Shown here: positions 32,601 through 51,897 of the stretch, one piece after another | Position numbering within the stretch: position 1 is the first letter of the stretch | Layout of the letters: each line of letters begins with the position of its first letter | Source of the DNA: the human T2T-CHM13v2.0 reference genome, Homo sapiens | Strand: one strand, 5' to 3' | DNA: 64,000 bases | NCBI RefSeq assembly: GCF_009914755.1 | Contig: NC_060927.1 | The notes under the pieces: model-generated | Database searches by the model: none | What the model saw: the letters and a program-made list of their open reading frames with translations, nothing else | What the model was told of the DNA's origin: nothing | Translations under genes and position numbers: made by a program

Positions 32601-33765
32601 AAAACAACATGTGGTACTATCTCCATGTACATGTTTGGAGTAAAAAAAAAAGAATTGCTTACCCAGCAACTTCAGCTATCCAGACCACAATTGAGAAGCA
32701 GAAAGTAAGTAAAAAATACCTCTGAGCAGCCAGTGGTTTGCTGCCATGAAGTTTACAGATTAAATTTATGAACTTTAGTTATAGGAGTCCTCCATCAGGG
32801 TCTATTTTTTCTCATTTTAGTTTCCATTTTAACATAATTAATTTCTAATCCATAGAGAATCTGAGGGACAATGGAAGGGGCATGAGAGCTGCAGTGGAAT
32901 AAAATGAGGAGTGGTACCTCCGACACTGTTTAACAGAGGTCAACAGCATTACACATGTGATCTCTGAGGGAGCTGTATGTTAGGATGATAATTAAGGCTT
33001 ATAACAATGGTGCAGAGTCAGTAAGGAAGAGTTAAATTATATTCAGTACCTATTGTTTTAGAAGAAAGACTGTATATATGTGTGTTTGTGTATGTGCGTT
33101 TGTGTGTTTATAAGACACAAAAGCAGAAGACTTCCATCAAAATAGTTTAAATTTTAAAATTAAACACTTAAAGGCATAAGCTTCAGTTACCTAGAAAATA
33201 AGGGTAGAAAAAAATTCATACGCTGATTCTGGATAAAAGAATTACTATGGTATTATAATTTTGTCTTTTTACACATGGTTATATACATGTAATGGTTTTG
33301 CAGTATACATGGTGCTTTCATATACTTGATCACATTCAGACATCACAGTCAACCTATATAGATGTTACATTTTATAGATTAGAAAACTGAGGCTCATAGA
33401 CTTTAATGAATTTCTCAAAGTTCTAAAATTAGTAAGGACAAGACAAAGATTTAAATATAATCTTCTGATTGCAAATCTCATGCTCTTTCTAGTTCACTGT
33501 GTTCTGTCCAGGTTACCTGTGTCTTATTTTATCAGTCCACAAATGTCCAGGGCCTTTGGTTGGGTATGATTGTGGAAATGAATAAGTAAAACATGGGTTC
33601 TGTGTGATAGGATCTTTAAGACAAATTGGACAATTAAAGTATGTATGAATTACAAGTAAATTAAGTAATACAAAGGTATATTTGGTAAGTGTTGAGTGGT
33701 AATAATATTTGACCATTTTATATTGCTTTGCATTTATAAGAGCTTTCATGTATCTTGTGCTATAT

Positions 33766-33962
33766 CAGTGGTTCTCAACCAAATGATTTTGTCACCATAA
33801 GGGGACATTTGGCAATGTCTGAAGATACTTTGGTTTCACAATTGGAGGGCAGTTTACTACTGTTATCTAGTGGGTAGAGGCTCCTACAATACCCAAGACA
33901 GTCCCCACAACAAAAAATTATTTGGCCCAAAATTTCAGTAGTGCTGCTATTGAGAAACCCTG
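33766..33962. mobile_element. MER20 DNA transposon
   Basis: Ends cagtggttctcaa / ttgagaaaccctg (TIRs); internal ggggacatttggcaatgtctg. Confidence 0.85.
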
Positions 33963-34201
33963 TTTTATGTTTAAACTTTTGTGGTTTGATATACATTATT
34001 TAGAAATATAGAATAGGTTGGGGCTATCAAGAAAGATTTCATTGGAAAAGTATCAGTTGACTCAGCCTTGAAATATTAATAATTGCTAACATTTATATAA
34101 TAACTACTCTCTGCCAGGAACCTTAAATATGTTCACTTACTTAATCCTCACAATATAGGGATTTGAATTTAATCTTCAAATTAAATTCAGGGATGAGTTA
34201 G

Positions 34202-34564
<363 letters not shown>

Positions 34565-35132
34565 TAAGTAACTTGCCCAAAGTCATTCTGTGAATGGCAG
34601 ACCTGGAATTTGAACTTAGGTTCTGGCTCCAGAATCTATGGTCTTACCTATTATGCTAATCTACTCTCAAACATGTAAAGACAGGTAGGGAACAGGAGAT
34701 GTGGAGAAGGATATAAACAGAGCCATGTGCAATGTATATTTTTGAGACACTGAATTGATTTAGCATTTTTGAACAAAACAGTTGGGTTGGGGAGTAGTAG
34801 GAATTAGGAAAAATAATTAAAACAAAATGGATACAAAGGGCCTTGAATGCCAGAATAAGGAATTTGGGTTTTATATAATAGTTAGGGGATATCATTACAT
34901 GATTTTCGAGAAAGGATGTGATGTGTCCAGTGGTATTTTAGAAAGATGTATCTAGTGGCTGAATTTAGTATAGACTGGGAAATGGAAAGTGGGAAAGGCT
35001 ATAGCCTATGTCAATAGTTTTTGTAGTAATCTACATATGAAGAGGTTGAGGCTTGAACTGGAACAGTGCTGTAAGAAAAACAGTGGCTATGAGAAGAAGG
35101 GGGAAAAGGCAGATATGAGTCCATGGCCTATA

Positions 35133-35419
35133 TGGTTCCGTGGTCTGTTAGGAACTGGGCTGCACAGCAGGAGGTAAGCAGCAGGTGAGCGATCATTACT
35201 GCCTGAGCTCTGCCTCCTGTCAGGTCAGCGATGGTATTAGATCCTCATAGGAGTACGAACCCTATTGTGAACTGCACATGCAAGGGATCTAGGTTGCATG
35301 CTCCTTATGAGAATCTAACCAATGCCTGATGATCTGAGGTGGAACAGTTTCATCCGAAACTATCTCCCTACCTGCTCTATGAAACCAGTCCCTGGTGCCA
35401 AAAAGGTTGGAGACCGCTG
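35133..35419. mobile_element. MER1B-like DNA transposon
   Basis: ctgttaggaactgggctgcacagcaggagg...gaaaccagtccctggtgccaaaaaggttggagaccgctg. Confidence 0.85.
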
Positions 35420-37110
35420 TGAGGAATTGACAAATCTTAGTGAATATTTTGATTTGGAGTGGGAAATTGAAAAGGAGTCCAGGATGATTTGGAAATCTTA
35501 AACGTGGGTGACTAAGAGAAGGAAGAAAGGAAAACATTAAGTTCAGAAGCTAAGTAAAGCTTGGGGCAAGGGAATGTGAATTCTGGTTTTATCCTTGTTG
35601 ATTTGGCAGCTATCAGGCAGTCCTCATCAGACAAACACAGATGAACATTATATTTCTAGGGAGAGATCAGGCTAAAGAGATACAGTAAGCTGTCAGGGCC
35701 ATGGGAATGCCCATCACCATTGTGAGAGTAGGTGAAATCATGGAGAAGAGCAAAGGGCTGGTGCAGATTCATTCTTAAGGAAACATCTACATTTAATAAA
35801 GAGCATTACATGGAAAGAGTTTCATTAAAGACCAAATGAATTGTTGAAGATATCAGAGGCAGTTAGGATAATGCAACATTGTGAAAGCCAAAAGAATAGT
35901 TTTTAACATATTGGCTTAGAAATTAAGAAAAATTAGAAGGTAGAAAAAGTAATTGGACTTGGAAACTGGCATCAGTAGAATTGGAGAAATGATACACTTT
36001 GATTTGCAAAGTTTGACACAATGAAAGGAAGAAGAAAACGAGTGGTAAGAGAAAGATGGAATTAAGTCAAGTTAGCAAAGAGCTAGTAAGCAAGTTAGCA
36101 AAGAGTGATGAAGGATTTAAAGTTCTGGGAGGTGGGAGATTAGACTGGTATTTCTGCAAATGAAGGACCAGGGTTCTAAAGATTGGAGAGCATCAAATAG
36201 AATACTAAGGTGGAAAATGTAGCTTTGGAAAGGAAATACGTAACTTTTTTACTCTGAGCTTAAAGGAAAGAGTATGGGAATTGTTGAAAAGATAAATTCT
36301 AAGGTAGGAAGGAAGATAATGATCTCATAAATATGTAATAAGTATATATTGAAGAGCTTTTAATAAAGAATCGTCAAATATCTGAGAAATTGGAAAGCAA
36401 AACTAGTGAGGATTTTTTGTATAACTATGTATTTTTAAAATAATTTAAAACATTTATTTCTCTCATAACTGCCATTGATTTATCAAATAACATACCATTT
36501 GTGCAGAATAAGTAAATGGTAACTCCTTATTTACAAGAAATTTTAATGTAAATGAATATTTTTATAGCTGAAGCTTATCCTTTTAAGCATTGAAAGATTT
36601 AATGTAAATCTTTATTCCTTACTAAGTAATGTATCTGAATATAATTTAACTTTACCATCCTTAGTTGGAATAATTGAGAATGTAATTATTTTACTTTGCT
36701 TCATATGGTCTGAAACTATTAACATGTTTGTCCTTACATTAAGTGGCTTTAGACTGTTGTGCATTGATAGTGATTTTGCTGTACTGGTATTTAATCTTTT
36801 CAGTAGTCAACTTTTAGTAATTCTTTCTTCCTTTCCCTCTACGCTGTTGGTTTTAATCTTGCTATTCTTTTATTCAGTAAAGATCTGAAGGATACTTGGG
36901 AAAGCCAGATATTCATCATTTATGGACAATTCTAAATCAGAATGCTTGGGTCTGTTTCTTTTGGGAAATAATACCCATGGAGTTTCTTTGTGACAGCTCA
37001 ATATGTTGCTGTTTTTAAATCCATGGCTATTTTTCAGATTGTTGAAGTTCCCTGGTGTTTGACTTTGAAAGTAATGACATTACTATAGTTAGCTTTATTG
37101 GTTAAAATTA

Positions 37111-37422
<312 letters not shown>

Positions 37423-38705
37423 TCATAAATGAAATATTTAATAGTAATGGATATAGCATTCTTTTTGTTCATTTCCTTCAACTGATTAAATATGCTAAAA
37501 TCTGAAGAGAAATGTTTGCAAAGCAGAGTAATAATGCTAGGACTTTAAAGCATAGGCCACAGCTCAATGAACCCTGAAAGTTTTAAGAGATAGTGCAATG
37601 GGTTAAATTTCCCATCTGGGTGGGAAGTTTTTCTGTGGGAAAACATAGGTGATTCCTAAGGGTTGAGTGAGGACTCCAACCCTTTTTTTTGAGGTGCATA
37701 GTCCTATTTTTAGATATTCAGGTAAAGTCTGCCACTTTTAGTTCTATTTTTTACATCCAGATAAAGTGAATATAAACTTTACTCTTTTCAGCTACAAAGA
37801 ATATTAAAGATCGATATAGTTTTGTTTCCAAGAGCAAGAACATTGATTTAAATAGTTATTAATGATTATAGCAGTTAAAATGTACAGATTGAAAATAATT
37901 AGGGCATTTTCTTAGATTAAATCATTATTTATCCCCATGTTTTCCTTCTTCCTTTATATTTTTCCCTAAAAATCCAAAAACCTGATGTTATAGTTGCCAG
38001 TAGGACTATAGGCTTTGTTACAGAGTTGAAAAGTCCCCATTTCCTCAGAGTCTCCTTACTTTTTCCTCTTTCGGATCTTCACAGTGAGCTATAGACTGGG
38101 AGCAGAATGATAAAGTCACTTCTCCCTCCAGTCTCCATGAACTTTGGTAGCCTAACTATTTGTGGCTTATACTTGATAAAATTGCTCATAAATGTCAAAT
38201 TTGTAGCATTTTAGTCAGCCATGTGTTTTAAAAATGAGAACAGAAGGCTCTCACCTTTAGATATTCTCCCTATATTCCTGTTTGCATTGATGATAATCAT
38301 TTTCATTAGACTGAAAAAAATCCTTTACCTGTAGTAATAGTTCTTGACAGTTTCTTTTATAGATTTGGATTGTTAAGATTCTTTTGGTCCACAGTTCAAG
38401 AGTAAGGATCTTGAAAAAAAATTTTCAACTTTAAATCCTGCATGGATCAGCACTGTTACTCTAATAATCCCTTCAATGAGACATTCATTATTTTACCAAC
38501 TCATGCATTGAAACCAGGACAGAAACGTGTGTATTGTGGTACACAGAAGTACTCCTAAGGCAAGCAAATGTACTATTTGTACAGTCAAAATTTTTGAAAA
38601 ATTTTGTATTACTGTATATAATACAGTTTAAATTTTTAAAAAGTTTTATTTATGAATTAGTAAAAAGAAGTAGTTTACCTTTTTATCTTCCATTTTCATT
38701 TTTAA

Positions 38706-38870
<165 letters not shown>

Positions 38871-40626
38871 TAGATCTCTTGCCCCATTGCCATTTTTTCC
38901 TTCCCTCAAATTTATTTTGTTTTTTCAAAAAATAGATATTTTTTCTCACTCTGTAAAATATTAAAAGTGGACACTTGCAGGAATAATTAGTATTTCTTTC
39001 AGGAAAACTTTTTAAATTTAGTTGATATTTCCATAATTTTGTCACTGTGGACCAGTATTTACCATTTGAAATATTCTGCAGGTAATGTTGAAAATATAGA
39101 TTAGTTTGCAGATAGATAAGAATTAAATGTAAACAATGAAACCAACAAACTGGAAGAAAATGTAGGTGAATGTTTAACTGATCGTGAGTAGAAAGACTTT
39201 ATGTGCATAAAAGCAATGGACAGAAATCACAGTGGCACAGTTTTTGCTGTTAAAAAAGTTAAATTTTTGGAATCCAGACATCAGACAAAATTTAGAAAGC
39301 AGATGAATAACTGGCAAAAGATATTTGCAGCATATATCATAAATTAATAATCTTAATATTGGACAAATTGGTGAAAAACATATTAGAAAAGGACATAGAA
39401 ATAGCAGAAAATACAAAATGTTAAATCTTAATGATAATCAAATACAGTAAGATACTAATTTTAAACTTACCAAATTTACTTATTAAAGTTGAAAATTTAA
39501 AAAAAATCATTGATAGCAAGGGAGTATTACAGTCTCATGCTACTAGTGAGGCAGGTATTTTGGAAAGTGTTTTGGCAGGATCTGTCATAAGAAAGGTGTT
39601 CATATGCTTTAACTTAGTGCTTTCTCCTCTGGGAACTTATCAAGGAAATGGTCAGAAATGTGGACAAAAATGTTGGTTGTGATCTTATTTGTAGTAATTT
39701 TTAAAAGCCCATGTGACATAATCTAAACATTCCAAAATAGAAGATAGGAAATATAAATGATTACATATATGTACAATGGAATATTATGCAGTCATTAAAA
39801 CAGTACTTTTAAAAGAATAGTTAGGAACATGGAAAAATATAACGTAGTAAGTGGAATACTTACTATGGTTAAAATACTTACCACGGTTAAAAATATGCGT
39901 AGAAAAGGGACTGTGTGGAAATGCAACAAAATGTTACCTAACAATCATCATCTCTCATTGACTAACCAAATTATGGATTTTTTTGTACTCTTTTTATTTT
40001 TCTTTATTGCTTTTGTAATTAGGAGGATAGTCACTACTAAATAAATGCTAATTTTATTGTTTTTTAATCAAATTTTAAACATGATAACATTCATTATTGG
40101 TGACGATACCGTGAAACAAGCAGTTTAAATAACTGCTGGCAATATAGGCTGGCTATAAGCAGAAGAAAAATACTGTTTTAAGAGAGAATTATAAATTGGT
40201 TGTTGACTCTCTGCCATGTTTGAGAAATGTGAGAGGCTCTGCTAAATTGCATACTTTGTTATATAGTAACTGAAAAATCTTACTCATTCAGACTATTACA
40301 AAAGTGTGACTTTCTCCAGAGGATAGTACCATCTAGTTTAAGTGGTGGTAAGAAATCAACAGGAATAAGGAACAAAAGGCTAAGAATATAGTCCCTATCC
40401 AAAGCATCAGAAATATCTAAAATACCATTCAATTTTCTGCCACTTATCTTGCAGTTATTATTATATTTTGGCACACCTGTCCCATCTTCTAGCCTTTTAG
40501 TCCATTTCCTTTCCTGGGGGAAGGGTGGGGTGTAGTGTGCTTGAGTACTGGAACCATTGACTGGTTTTATTCATCACCATTATCACTAACGATTAAATCT
40601 TAGTGTTGGCAGCCCTCACCTACTTA

Positions 40627-40936
<310 letters not shown>

Positions 40937-40955
40937 TTATTCAGCCTTTATTTAA

Positions 40956-41281
<326 letters not shown>

Positions 41282-42019
41282 AAGATCATATCTTGATAGC
41301 CCTTTTACTTCTAGAGAGGCAATATTAAATATTTTTATATATTTTAAATAACTGAGGGAATATAAACTGGCTATAAGCAGAAGAAAAATATTGTTTCTTT
41401 TAGCGTTTCAGTAATGGTAATATTCTTTTAGCATTTCAATGAATTCATTCTGTATTCTTGGCTTGCCAGATTGTCTTTTTGGCAATTGACTTTCAAATTT
41501 AGGTTTTTTATTTAATAGTATACAGATTATATTATGAACAATGGAATTATGAACTTTAATCTTATGCATATCTAGTGATGTTTTTCATACAGTTAAGTAT
41601 GTTTCATAAGAAACATGAGGACCACTTTTCTCTTAAGGGATTAAATATATTTTATTCTTCTTTATAACCAGTAATGCAATGATAAGATGGAAAAGGGCTA
41701 GTTTTAGGTTTCTCTGTAATTTTAAATAAAGTCATTAATTTGAAGTCCTCAATAAATAAATAAGTATATAAACAAATTAGTCATAAAAGAGGAGGAAAAT
41801 CAGATAAGTATATCAGAAAATATTAAAACTTACCAGTGATCAAAGGAAATTAAATTACAATTTCATGATAGTATTTTTCACTATAAATTGGGAGTGATCA
41901 TGCCTAAGACGGGTGAGTAAAACTTTAGTGTGAAATGGGTACCTCCTTATATTATTGGTAATATAAACTATTAAAAGGACTTTAACAATATGTTTCAAGA
42001 GCTTCAAAACTGTTCATGG

Positions 42020-42103
42020 CCGGGAGGCGGAGCTTTCAGTGAGCCGAGATAGTGCCACTGCACTCCAGCCTGGGCGAAAGAGCGAGACTCCACCAAAAAA
42101 AAA
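42020..42103 (+). mobile_element. Severely 5'-truncated AluY
   Basis: ccgggaggcggagct...agcgagactcc polyA; TSD aaaactg(t/g)tcatggcc at 42006-42021 and 42104-42119. Confidence 0.88.
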
Positions 42104-43439
42104 AAAACTGGTCATGGCCTTTAGACCCATAATTCTGCTGCTGGGCTTTTATGTTAATGAGATAATCCTAAATTTGCAAAACACTCTTTTCATAAAGACG
42201 TTTATGGTAAATTAGCAAAATAAAATACTTGAACACAGAATCTATGAACTTCCTTAAATTGCATATAAAATTATGTGCATGAATTATTTTTTTCTGAAGA
42301 TTCTGGGCTATGTAAAGATCCTGCTTTATGGATTATTAAAAGGGTCCCTGATCTTGGAGATATTAATGACCACTGTTTAATCATTGGTCCTTAGAATACC
42401 TACTGTTTATGCCAAAGATGTCCTTAAAAGGGGGGTGTAGTAGAAAAAGGATTAAAATGAAATACTGTACTGGAAAATGTTCCTTGGGTAGTAGGAATAT
42501 GGGTATTTTTAAAATTCTTTCTGATTTTCTACATTTTCAGATATTTTATAATAAGTATATACACTACTTTTATAATATTGCAAAAAAAAAGTAAGTATTA
42601 GAAAATACGATAGTTATAAAATAGTCAACCTTTTTATTTAAGCCTGGTTCTTTAATTACTAATGGTATTTTCCTCATTTCATGCTCTTACCACACCCATG
42701 GACTCCTGTAGTGGAAGGAGCTCCAGCTCTAGAGTAATACAAACCTGGATTCTGATCAGCACCCAGCCACCCTGTTTGTGGCTCAGGCACATTAACTTCT
42801 CTGAGCCTCAGTTTCTTCGTGGGGATTATAATGCTTGGTTTTGCAGGCTACTGTGGCAATTAAATGAGATGATAAATGTAAAGTGCCTAACAGTTCCAGA
42901 ACTCATTAAATACTAGCATTATTGTTAATTTTTTGGCGTTTATAGTAGGAAGTAGTATATGTAATGATTGAAAATGTGTAGAAAATTATACAAAATGAAG
43001 AGTGCTTCCTATTGCCCTTTTCAAGTAGCTGCATTGCTGTCAATGTGATAAGGTTTGCCATAGAGGTGAAATTCTTAGTTTTTCTCACATGTTAATATTC
43101 TCCCTATTTTTTAGCATTTTTATTTTTCTAATATATTTTTCTAACATTCTTCTTTATTTTTGTCAGGCATGATTCTATAATCTTGTGAAAATTAAACACT
43201 TTTCCCTAAGATATTTCTCTAGATATTCTCACTTCTTTGTTGGAAAAAACAGACCTCTAGTTAAATGAATGTTACCTATTGAAGATTTTGTCTGTTATGA
43301 TTACATTGCATTTATTAATTAGAGTTAAGTTTTGAGGTTTCAAAGAAAAATTTAGTCCAAGCAAAATGTTTAACATATTCCTTAAATAATTCTTAAGTTC
43401 TTTGTGCCTTCCTATTTTTTCATTTCATTCTTCAGATAA

Positions 43440-43709
<270 letters not shown>

Positions 43710-44312
43710 TAAACTTTTGATAAATAGATGTGTGATATATATCAACAATGTTGATTTTTAAAATTGGTATTCTTTCTATGCAGCTTTTAAGAAATGTGAT
43801 GCTGGGGTGACTTATGAAAGCCAAACTTGTAGCTCCTTTGTTTTATATAATGCATTCTGCATTTTTAAGAAGTGTTCACCAAATGCTGAATAATTGCAAA
43901 AATCCTTCAAATTATGAATGAAGTTATCTCATACTCCTGCTGGCAGGGGCACTATTTGCTTTTTAGAGGCAGAGTTTATTAATCCAAGAGAAGTTCCAAG
44001 TCGTGGAAGGAGTGGAGATACCACCTCCTATCTCATTTATAAAGAAATCAAAACTATTTTCTGTCTAACTAAGTATTGACCTTTTATGCCTCTATCTTCC
44101 CCTCTCACACAATGTTCAAGTCTTTTTCTCTTTCTTATTGATCATCTCTTCCTGTTTCTTCAATTAAAAATGTTAAGAACAACTGAGGATTGATTGACCA
44201 AGAAAATACCCTGTCACAGGTTGAGCAAGATCACACGTGGGCATGCTGTATAAGATACATGGTGCTGGACTAGATTTGAGAATCTGATTTTCAGCAGAAA
44301 CATTTATACATA

Positions 44313-46812
<2,500 letters not shown>

Positions 46813-47283
46813 TGTGTGTGTATGTAAATGGTAATTAAATATAGTTGAAATAGTATCAAATATAATACCTACTGTGGAGAATATCATCTGGAAGTCCCAG
46901 GCAGCCTGGTGACAAACTATTTTTAGGTTAAGGATTGTTAAACAGTATATGAAATAGACTTTAAGGCTGTAAACCATCCACCCTCACTCTTTCCTCACCT
47001 TAAGAACAAACCTTTGATGGATTTGAGATAGTGACAGATCTCTAATTTGGGAAAGTCTCCTGGGAATCAATCTGATGTTTATTTGCAGAGGTTTACCTGG
47101 AAATTTTTTCTATTTTCAAGTCTATTTTACAAAGAGATCTGTGTTTCTCTTTGATAAGATCTGGTTGATAGCGATGGCTACATCACTTAACTTTTTAGTT
47201 TTAAAATGACTAGTTTATAAAATGACAAGCAGAAATTATCTTTAAGGCTTTTTCCAGTTTTAAAATCCTTTATTAGTATTAAG

Positions 47284-48313
47284 TGAAGGGGTGGCCTGCC
47301 CCTCCACACCTGTGGGTATTTCTAGTTGGGTGGGATGAGAGACGGAGAAAAGAAATAAGACACAGAGACAAAGTATAAAGAAACAACAATGGGTCCAGGG
47401 GACTGGCACTCAGCACACCAAGGACCTGCACCGGCACCGGCCTCTGAGTTCCCTCAGTTTTTATTGATTATTATTTTCATTATTTCAGCAAAAAGGAATG
47501 TAGTAGGAGAGCAGGGTGATAATAAGGAGAAGGTCAACAAAATACATGTGAGCAAAAGAATCTATATCATGATTAAGTTCAAGGGAAAGTACTATGCCTG
47601 GACGTGCACGTAGGCCAGATTTATGTTTCTCTCCACCCAAACATCTCAGTGGAGTAAAGAATAACAAGGCAATATTACTGCAAACATGTCTCCCCTCCCG
47701 CCACAGGGCAGCTTTTCTCCTATCTCAGAGTTGAACAAATGTACAATCGGGTTTTACACCGAGACATTCAGTTCCCAGGGGCAAGCAGGAGACAGTGGCC
47801 TTCCTCCATCTCAACTGCAAGAGGCTTTCCTCTTTTACTAATCCACCTCAGCACAGACCCTTTACGGGTGTAGGGCTGGGGGACAGTCAGGTCTTTCTCA
47901 TCCCACGAGGCCATATTTCAGACTATCACATGGGGAGAAACCTTGGACAATACCCTGCTTTCAAGGGCAGAGGTCCCTGCAGCTTTCCACAGTGCATTGT
48001 GCCCCTGGTTTATTGAGACTAGAGAATGGCAATGACCTTTACCAAGTACACTGCTTGTAAATATTTTGTTAACAAGGCACGTACTGCACAGCCCTAGGTC
48101 CCTTAAACGTTGATTTTATACAACACATGTTTTTGTGAGCTCCAAGTTGAGTCAAAGTGGCTGGGTCAGAGTGGCTGGGGCAAAGCTACAAATTAACAAC
48201 ATCTCAGCAAAGCAATTGTTTAAAGTACAGGTCTTTTTCAAAATGGAGTCTCTTACGTCTTTCCTTTCTGCATAGACACAGTGACAGTCTGATCTCTCTT
48301 TCTTTTCCCTACA
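47284..48313 (-). mobile_element. HERV-K(HML-2) solo LTR (LTR5A-like), antisense to TRPC1
   Basis: Minus strand begins TGTAGGGAAAAGAAAGAGAGATCAGACTG and ends GGCCACCCCTTCA; 1030 bp; perfect 6-bp TSD ATTAAG (47278-47283, 48314-48319). Confidence 0.92.
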
Positions 48314-48722
48314 ATTAAGTGTGAATATTTTTCAAATTATATGCTTGTTAAATAAGTGTGTAGTTGAAGCAGCGGGGTCTTACAGGTTGAAGCTAGAGAA
48401 AACACTTTACCTGGCTTGGTTTGAGGTTGGGGGACAAACTTGTTTGAAGGCTTTTAGGGGAGCTATGACTTGACATAGATCTTTTAGTATGAGTAAGAGT
48501 TAAAAATTGAAAGGTATTTTAGGCAGAAAGTACAGCATGTGATTTGTTTATTTGGAAACTGCAAATGGTTTGGAACATTAACAGTAGAGTTTGAGAGAGT
48601 TTGTTAATGATCTTTGAGAAAACATTTGTACGAAATGGCAAGGACCCCTGACTTAAGTCATTTCTGGGAATTGCTAAGTAGAACTGCAGAAGAAAAGGAG
48701 GTTAACAAAATTAGTAAAAAGA

Positions 48723-48985
48723 GACCGGGCGCGGTGGCTCACGCCTGTAATCCTAGCACTTTGGAGGCCGAGGCAGGCCGATCACCTGAGGTCAAGAGTT
48801 CGAGACCAGCCTGGCCAACTTGGTGAAACCTCGTCTCTACTAACAGTACAAAAATTAGCTGGGCGTGGTGGCATGCACCTGTAGTCCCAGCTACTCAGGA
48901 GGCTGAGGCAGGAGAATCGCTTGAACCTGGGAGGTGGAGGTCACAGTGAGCTGAGACTCTGCCTCAAAAAAAAAAAAAAAAAAAA
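48723..48985 (+). mobile_element. AluS (deletion near 3' end)
   Basis: Alu consensus; gagctgagactctgcctc joins directly to polyA. Confidence 0.9.
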
Positions 48986-49051
48986 CTTAGAGAAATAGCA
49001 AGGTTTCTCAGAATTTGAAGAGCCAATATACTGGCAGTAAGAAAGTGAGAT

Positions 49052-49352
49052 GGCTGGACATGGTGGCTCACGCCTATAATCCTAGCATTTTGGGAGGCCA
49101 AGGCGGGTGAATCACTTGAGTCCAGGAATTCCAGACCATCCTGGGCCATATGGCTAGACCTTGTCTTTACAAAAATAGCCAGATGAGGTGACTTGTACCT
49201 GTGGTCCCAGCTATGCAGGAGGCTGAGGTGGGAGGATTACCTGTGCCCAGGAGGTTGAGGCTACAGTAAGCTGTGATTGCACCACCACACTCTACCCTAG
49301 CCTAAGTGACAGAGCGAGACTCCGTCTCAAAAAAAAAAAAAAAAAAAAAAAA
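49052..49352 (+). mobile_element. AluJ-like
   Basis: Diverged Alu dimer with polyA. Confidence 0.88.
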
Positions 49353-49649
49353 GAGAGAGACAATTGTTTTTTAAATTTTAGAGATGGTGTAGTTTCAGGG
49401 TAATATTTCCTAATGGGCCAGGGAAGGGTAGTAAACCATTGTAGTTTAGAAAAACATTTTCAGTAATATAATAGCTGTGATTTGGTTTTAGTCTCAATAT
49501 TTGATGTATTTTGAAACTTCAAATAACTTTAAAGAAGGAGTCTTTATTTATTATCTATTAGTGGAAGACAAAAATTTAAAAAAACTTGAGAAACACCGGA
49601 ATTGGGAAAGATAGCAAAGAAATGGATTGCCAGTTAAATTTAATTTGCA

Positions 49650-49795
49650 TAAAGTATAATAAAAAAAATGACGAGTTAATGTAATGGATGCAGCACACCA
49701 ACATGGCACATGTATACATATGTAACAAACCTGCACATTGTGCACATGTACCCTAAAACTTAAAAGTATAATAAAAAAATAAAAATAAAAAACAA
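49650..49795 (+). mobile_element. Very short L1PA 3'-end insertion with 14-bp TSD
   Basis: gcagcacaccaacatggcacatg...ccctaaaacttaaaagtataataaa; TSD aaatttaatttgca 49636-49649 and 49796-49809. Confidence 0.9.
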
Positions 49796-50380
49796 AAATT
49801 TAATTTGCAGAAGAGCTTTGTTTAACTTGCATAGTGTTTTTTATAATTTTGAATTTGAATGCCAGTAAGCCCTATGTACACTCAGCTTTATTCATATTAT
49901 TACCAACATCACCCCTGAAGGCAAATGAATTTGTAAAACTTGGCTCAGTATCTACCAAGAGAGTAGGATGTTGGCTGGGGTCATGTTAGGAATATGGAAT
50001 TCTTCTGGCATAGTGGCAGGAAAATGGCTTGGGAGAGAGACTGCTTAGTGCCACAGTCCTCAATGAATATACAAGAGTGACACGGAAGTAGGAAATGACA
50101 GTGATGATGATGAGGGAGTATTGGAATAACTGAATGGTATGAATCTCCAAAAAGGGTGATTTTGATATGAGAATGAATGAATAATATAGCCTGTAAGATT
50201 CAGGTATTGTGACATTATGCTTCCATATTGCCAGAATCTTTAAAGGGAAGTATTGTTCAATCCCAATTTTCAATCCCAATTTTTCTTTTCATTTCTAGAG
50301 CTAACCACTGTTACTAGTTTGGTATTCTACACGTGTTCCTTAATGGTTAACATTACCATTGGTTAGAAATGTTGAGTCTT

Positions 50381-50701
<321 letters not shown>

Positions 50702-51529
50702 TTAGATTGGAAACTAGTCTCATCAATGGCTTAGTTACATGTTAGAAATCCCTTCTCCCAATTTCTGCCTATACAGAATTCCATTCATGTTTCCTTTCCT
50801 TTTTTTATTGTTTGCCTGCCTTACTAATCTTGCCTCATTTACTCCAGTTCTTTTTATAGTTGCCCACATATTTAGGTTGAACCATATGAAATTAGTGTTT
50901 TAAAAGTACTTTGGACATAGGGAATTACATATTTCCATATTCTTATATTGGTGTGGGTGAAACCAAAACCCCAGAAAGTTACACAGATCATAATCACCTT
51001 ACTCCATAGGGCCTCAAAAAAGGCTTTTTTTACAGTGTGGAAATGGATGATTTACAGTATGTTTAAAGTGTGTAACTATTACCATAATCTAATATTCTAA
51101 CATTTCTATCATTGGAAAAAGTTCTCTCTTGCCTGTTCATTCATGGTCAATCCTTGTTTCCATCCCCAGCTCCATGCAACCACCAGTTTTTCTATTTTTG
51201 TAGTCTTTTCTTTACTAGAAATTTCATATAAATGGAATCATAAAATATCTTGACTTATGTCTCTGGCTTTCTTTTACTTACCATAATATTTTTGAGGTCC
51301 ATCCATATTGTTTCATATGTCAGTAATTCATTTTAAAAATTGTTGAGCAGTATTCCATTGTATGGTTATAGTACCACCTTTTATTTATCTGTTCACTAGC
51401 TGCTCAACATTTGAGTTGTTTCCAGTTTTTGGCAGTGAACATTCACTTACAAGTCTTTGTGCGGACATGTTTTTATTTTTGTTGGGTAGACACCTAGGAA
51501 TGGAATTTCTGGGTGTGTTAACTTTTTAA

Positions 51530-51897
<368 letters not shown>

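Noticed and set aside
34164-34189. Hairpin tgaatttaat-cttcaa-attaaattca
   Set aside because: 10-bp AT-rich arms are expected by chance in 64 kb; no functional support
36068-36105. 15-bp direct repeat caagttagcaaagag (similar small duplications near 39855 and 50256)
   Set aside because: Ordinary slippage-scale duplications in neutral intron
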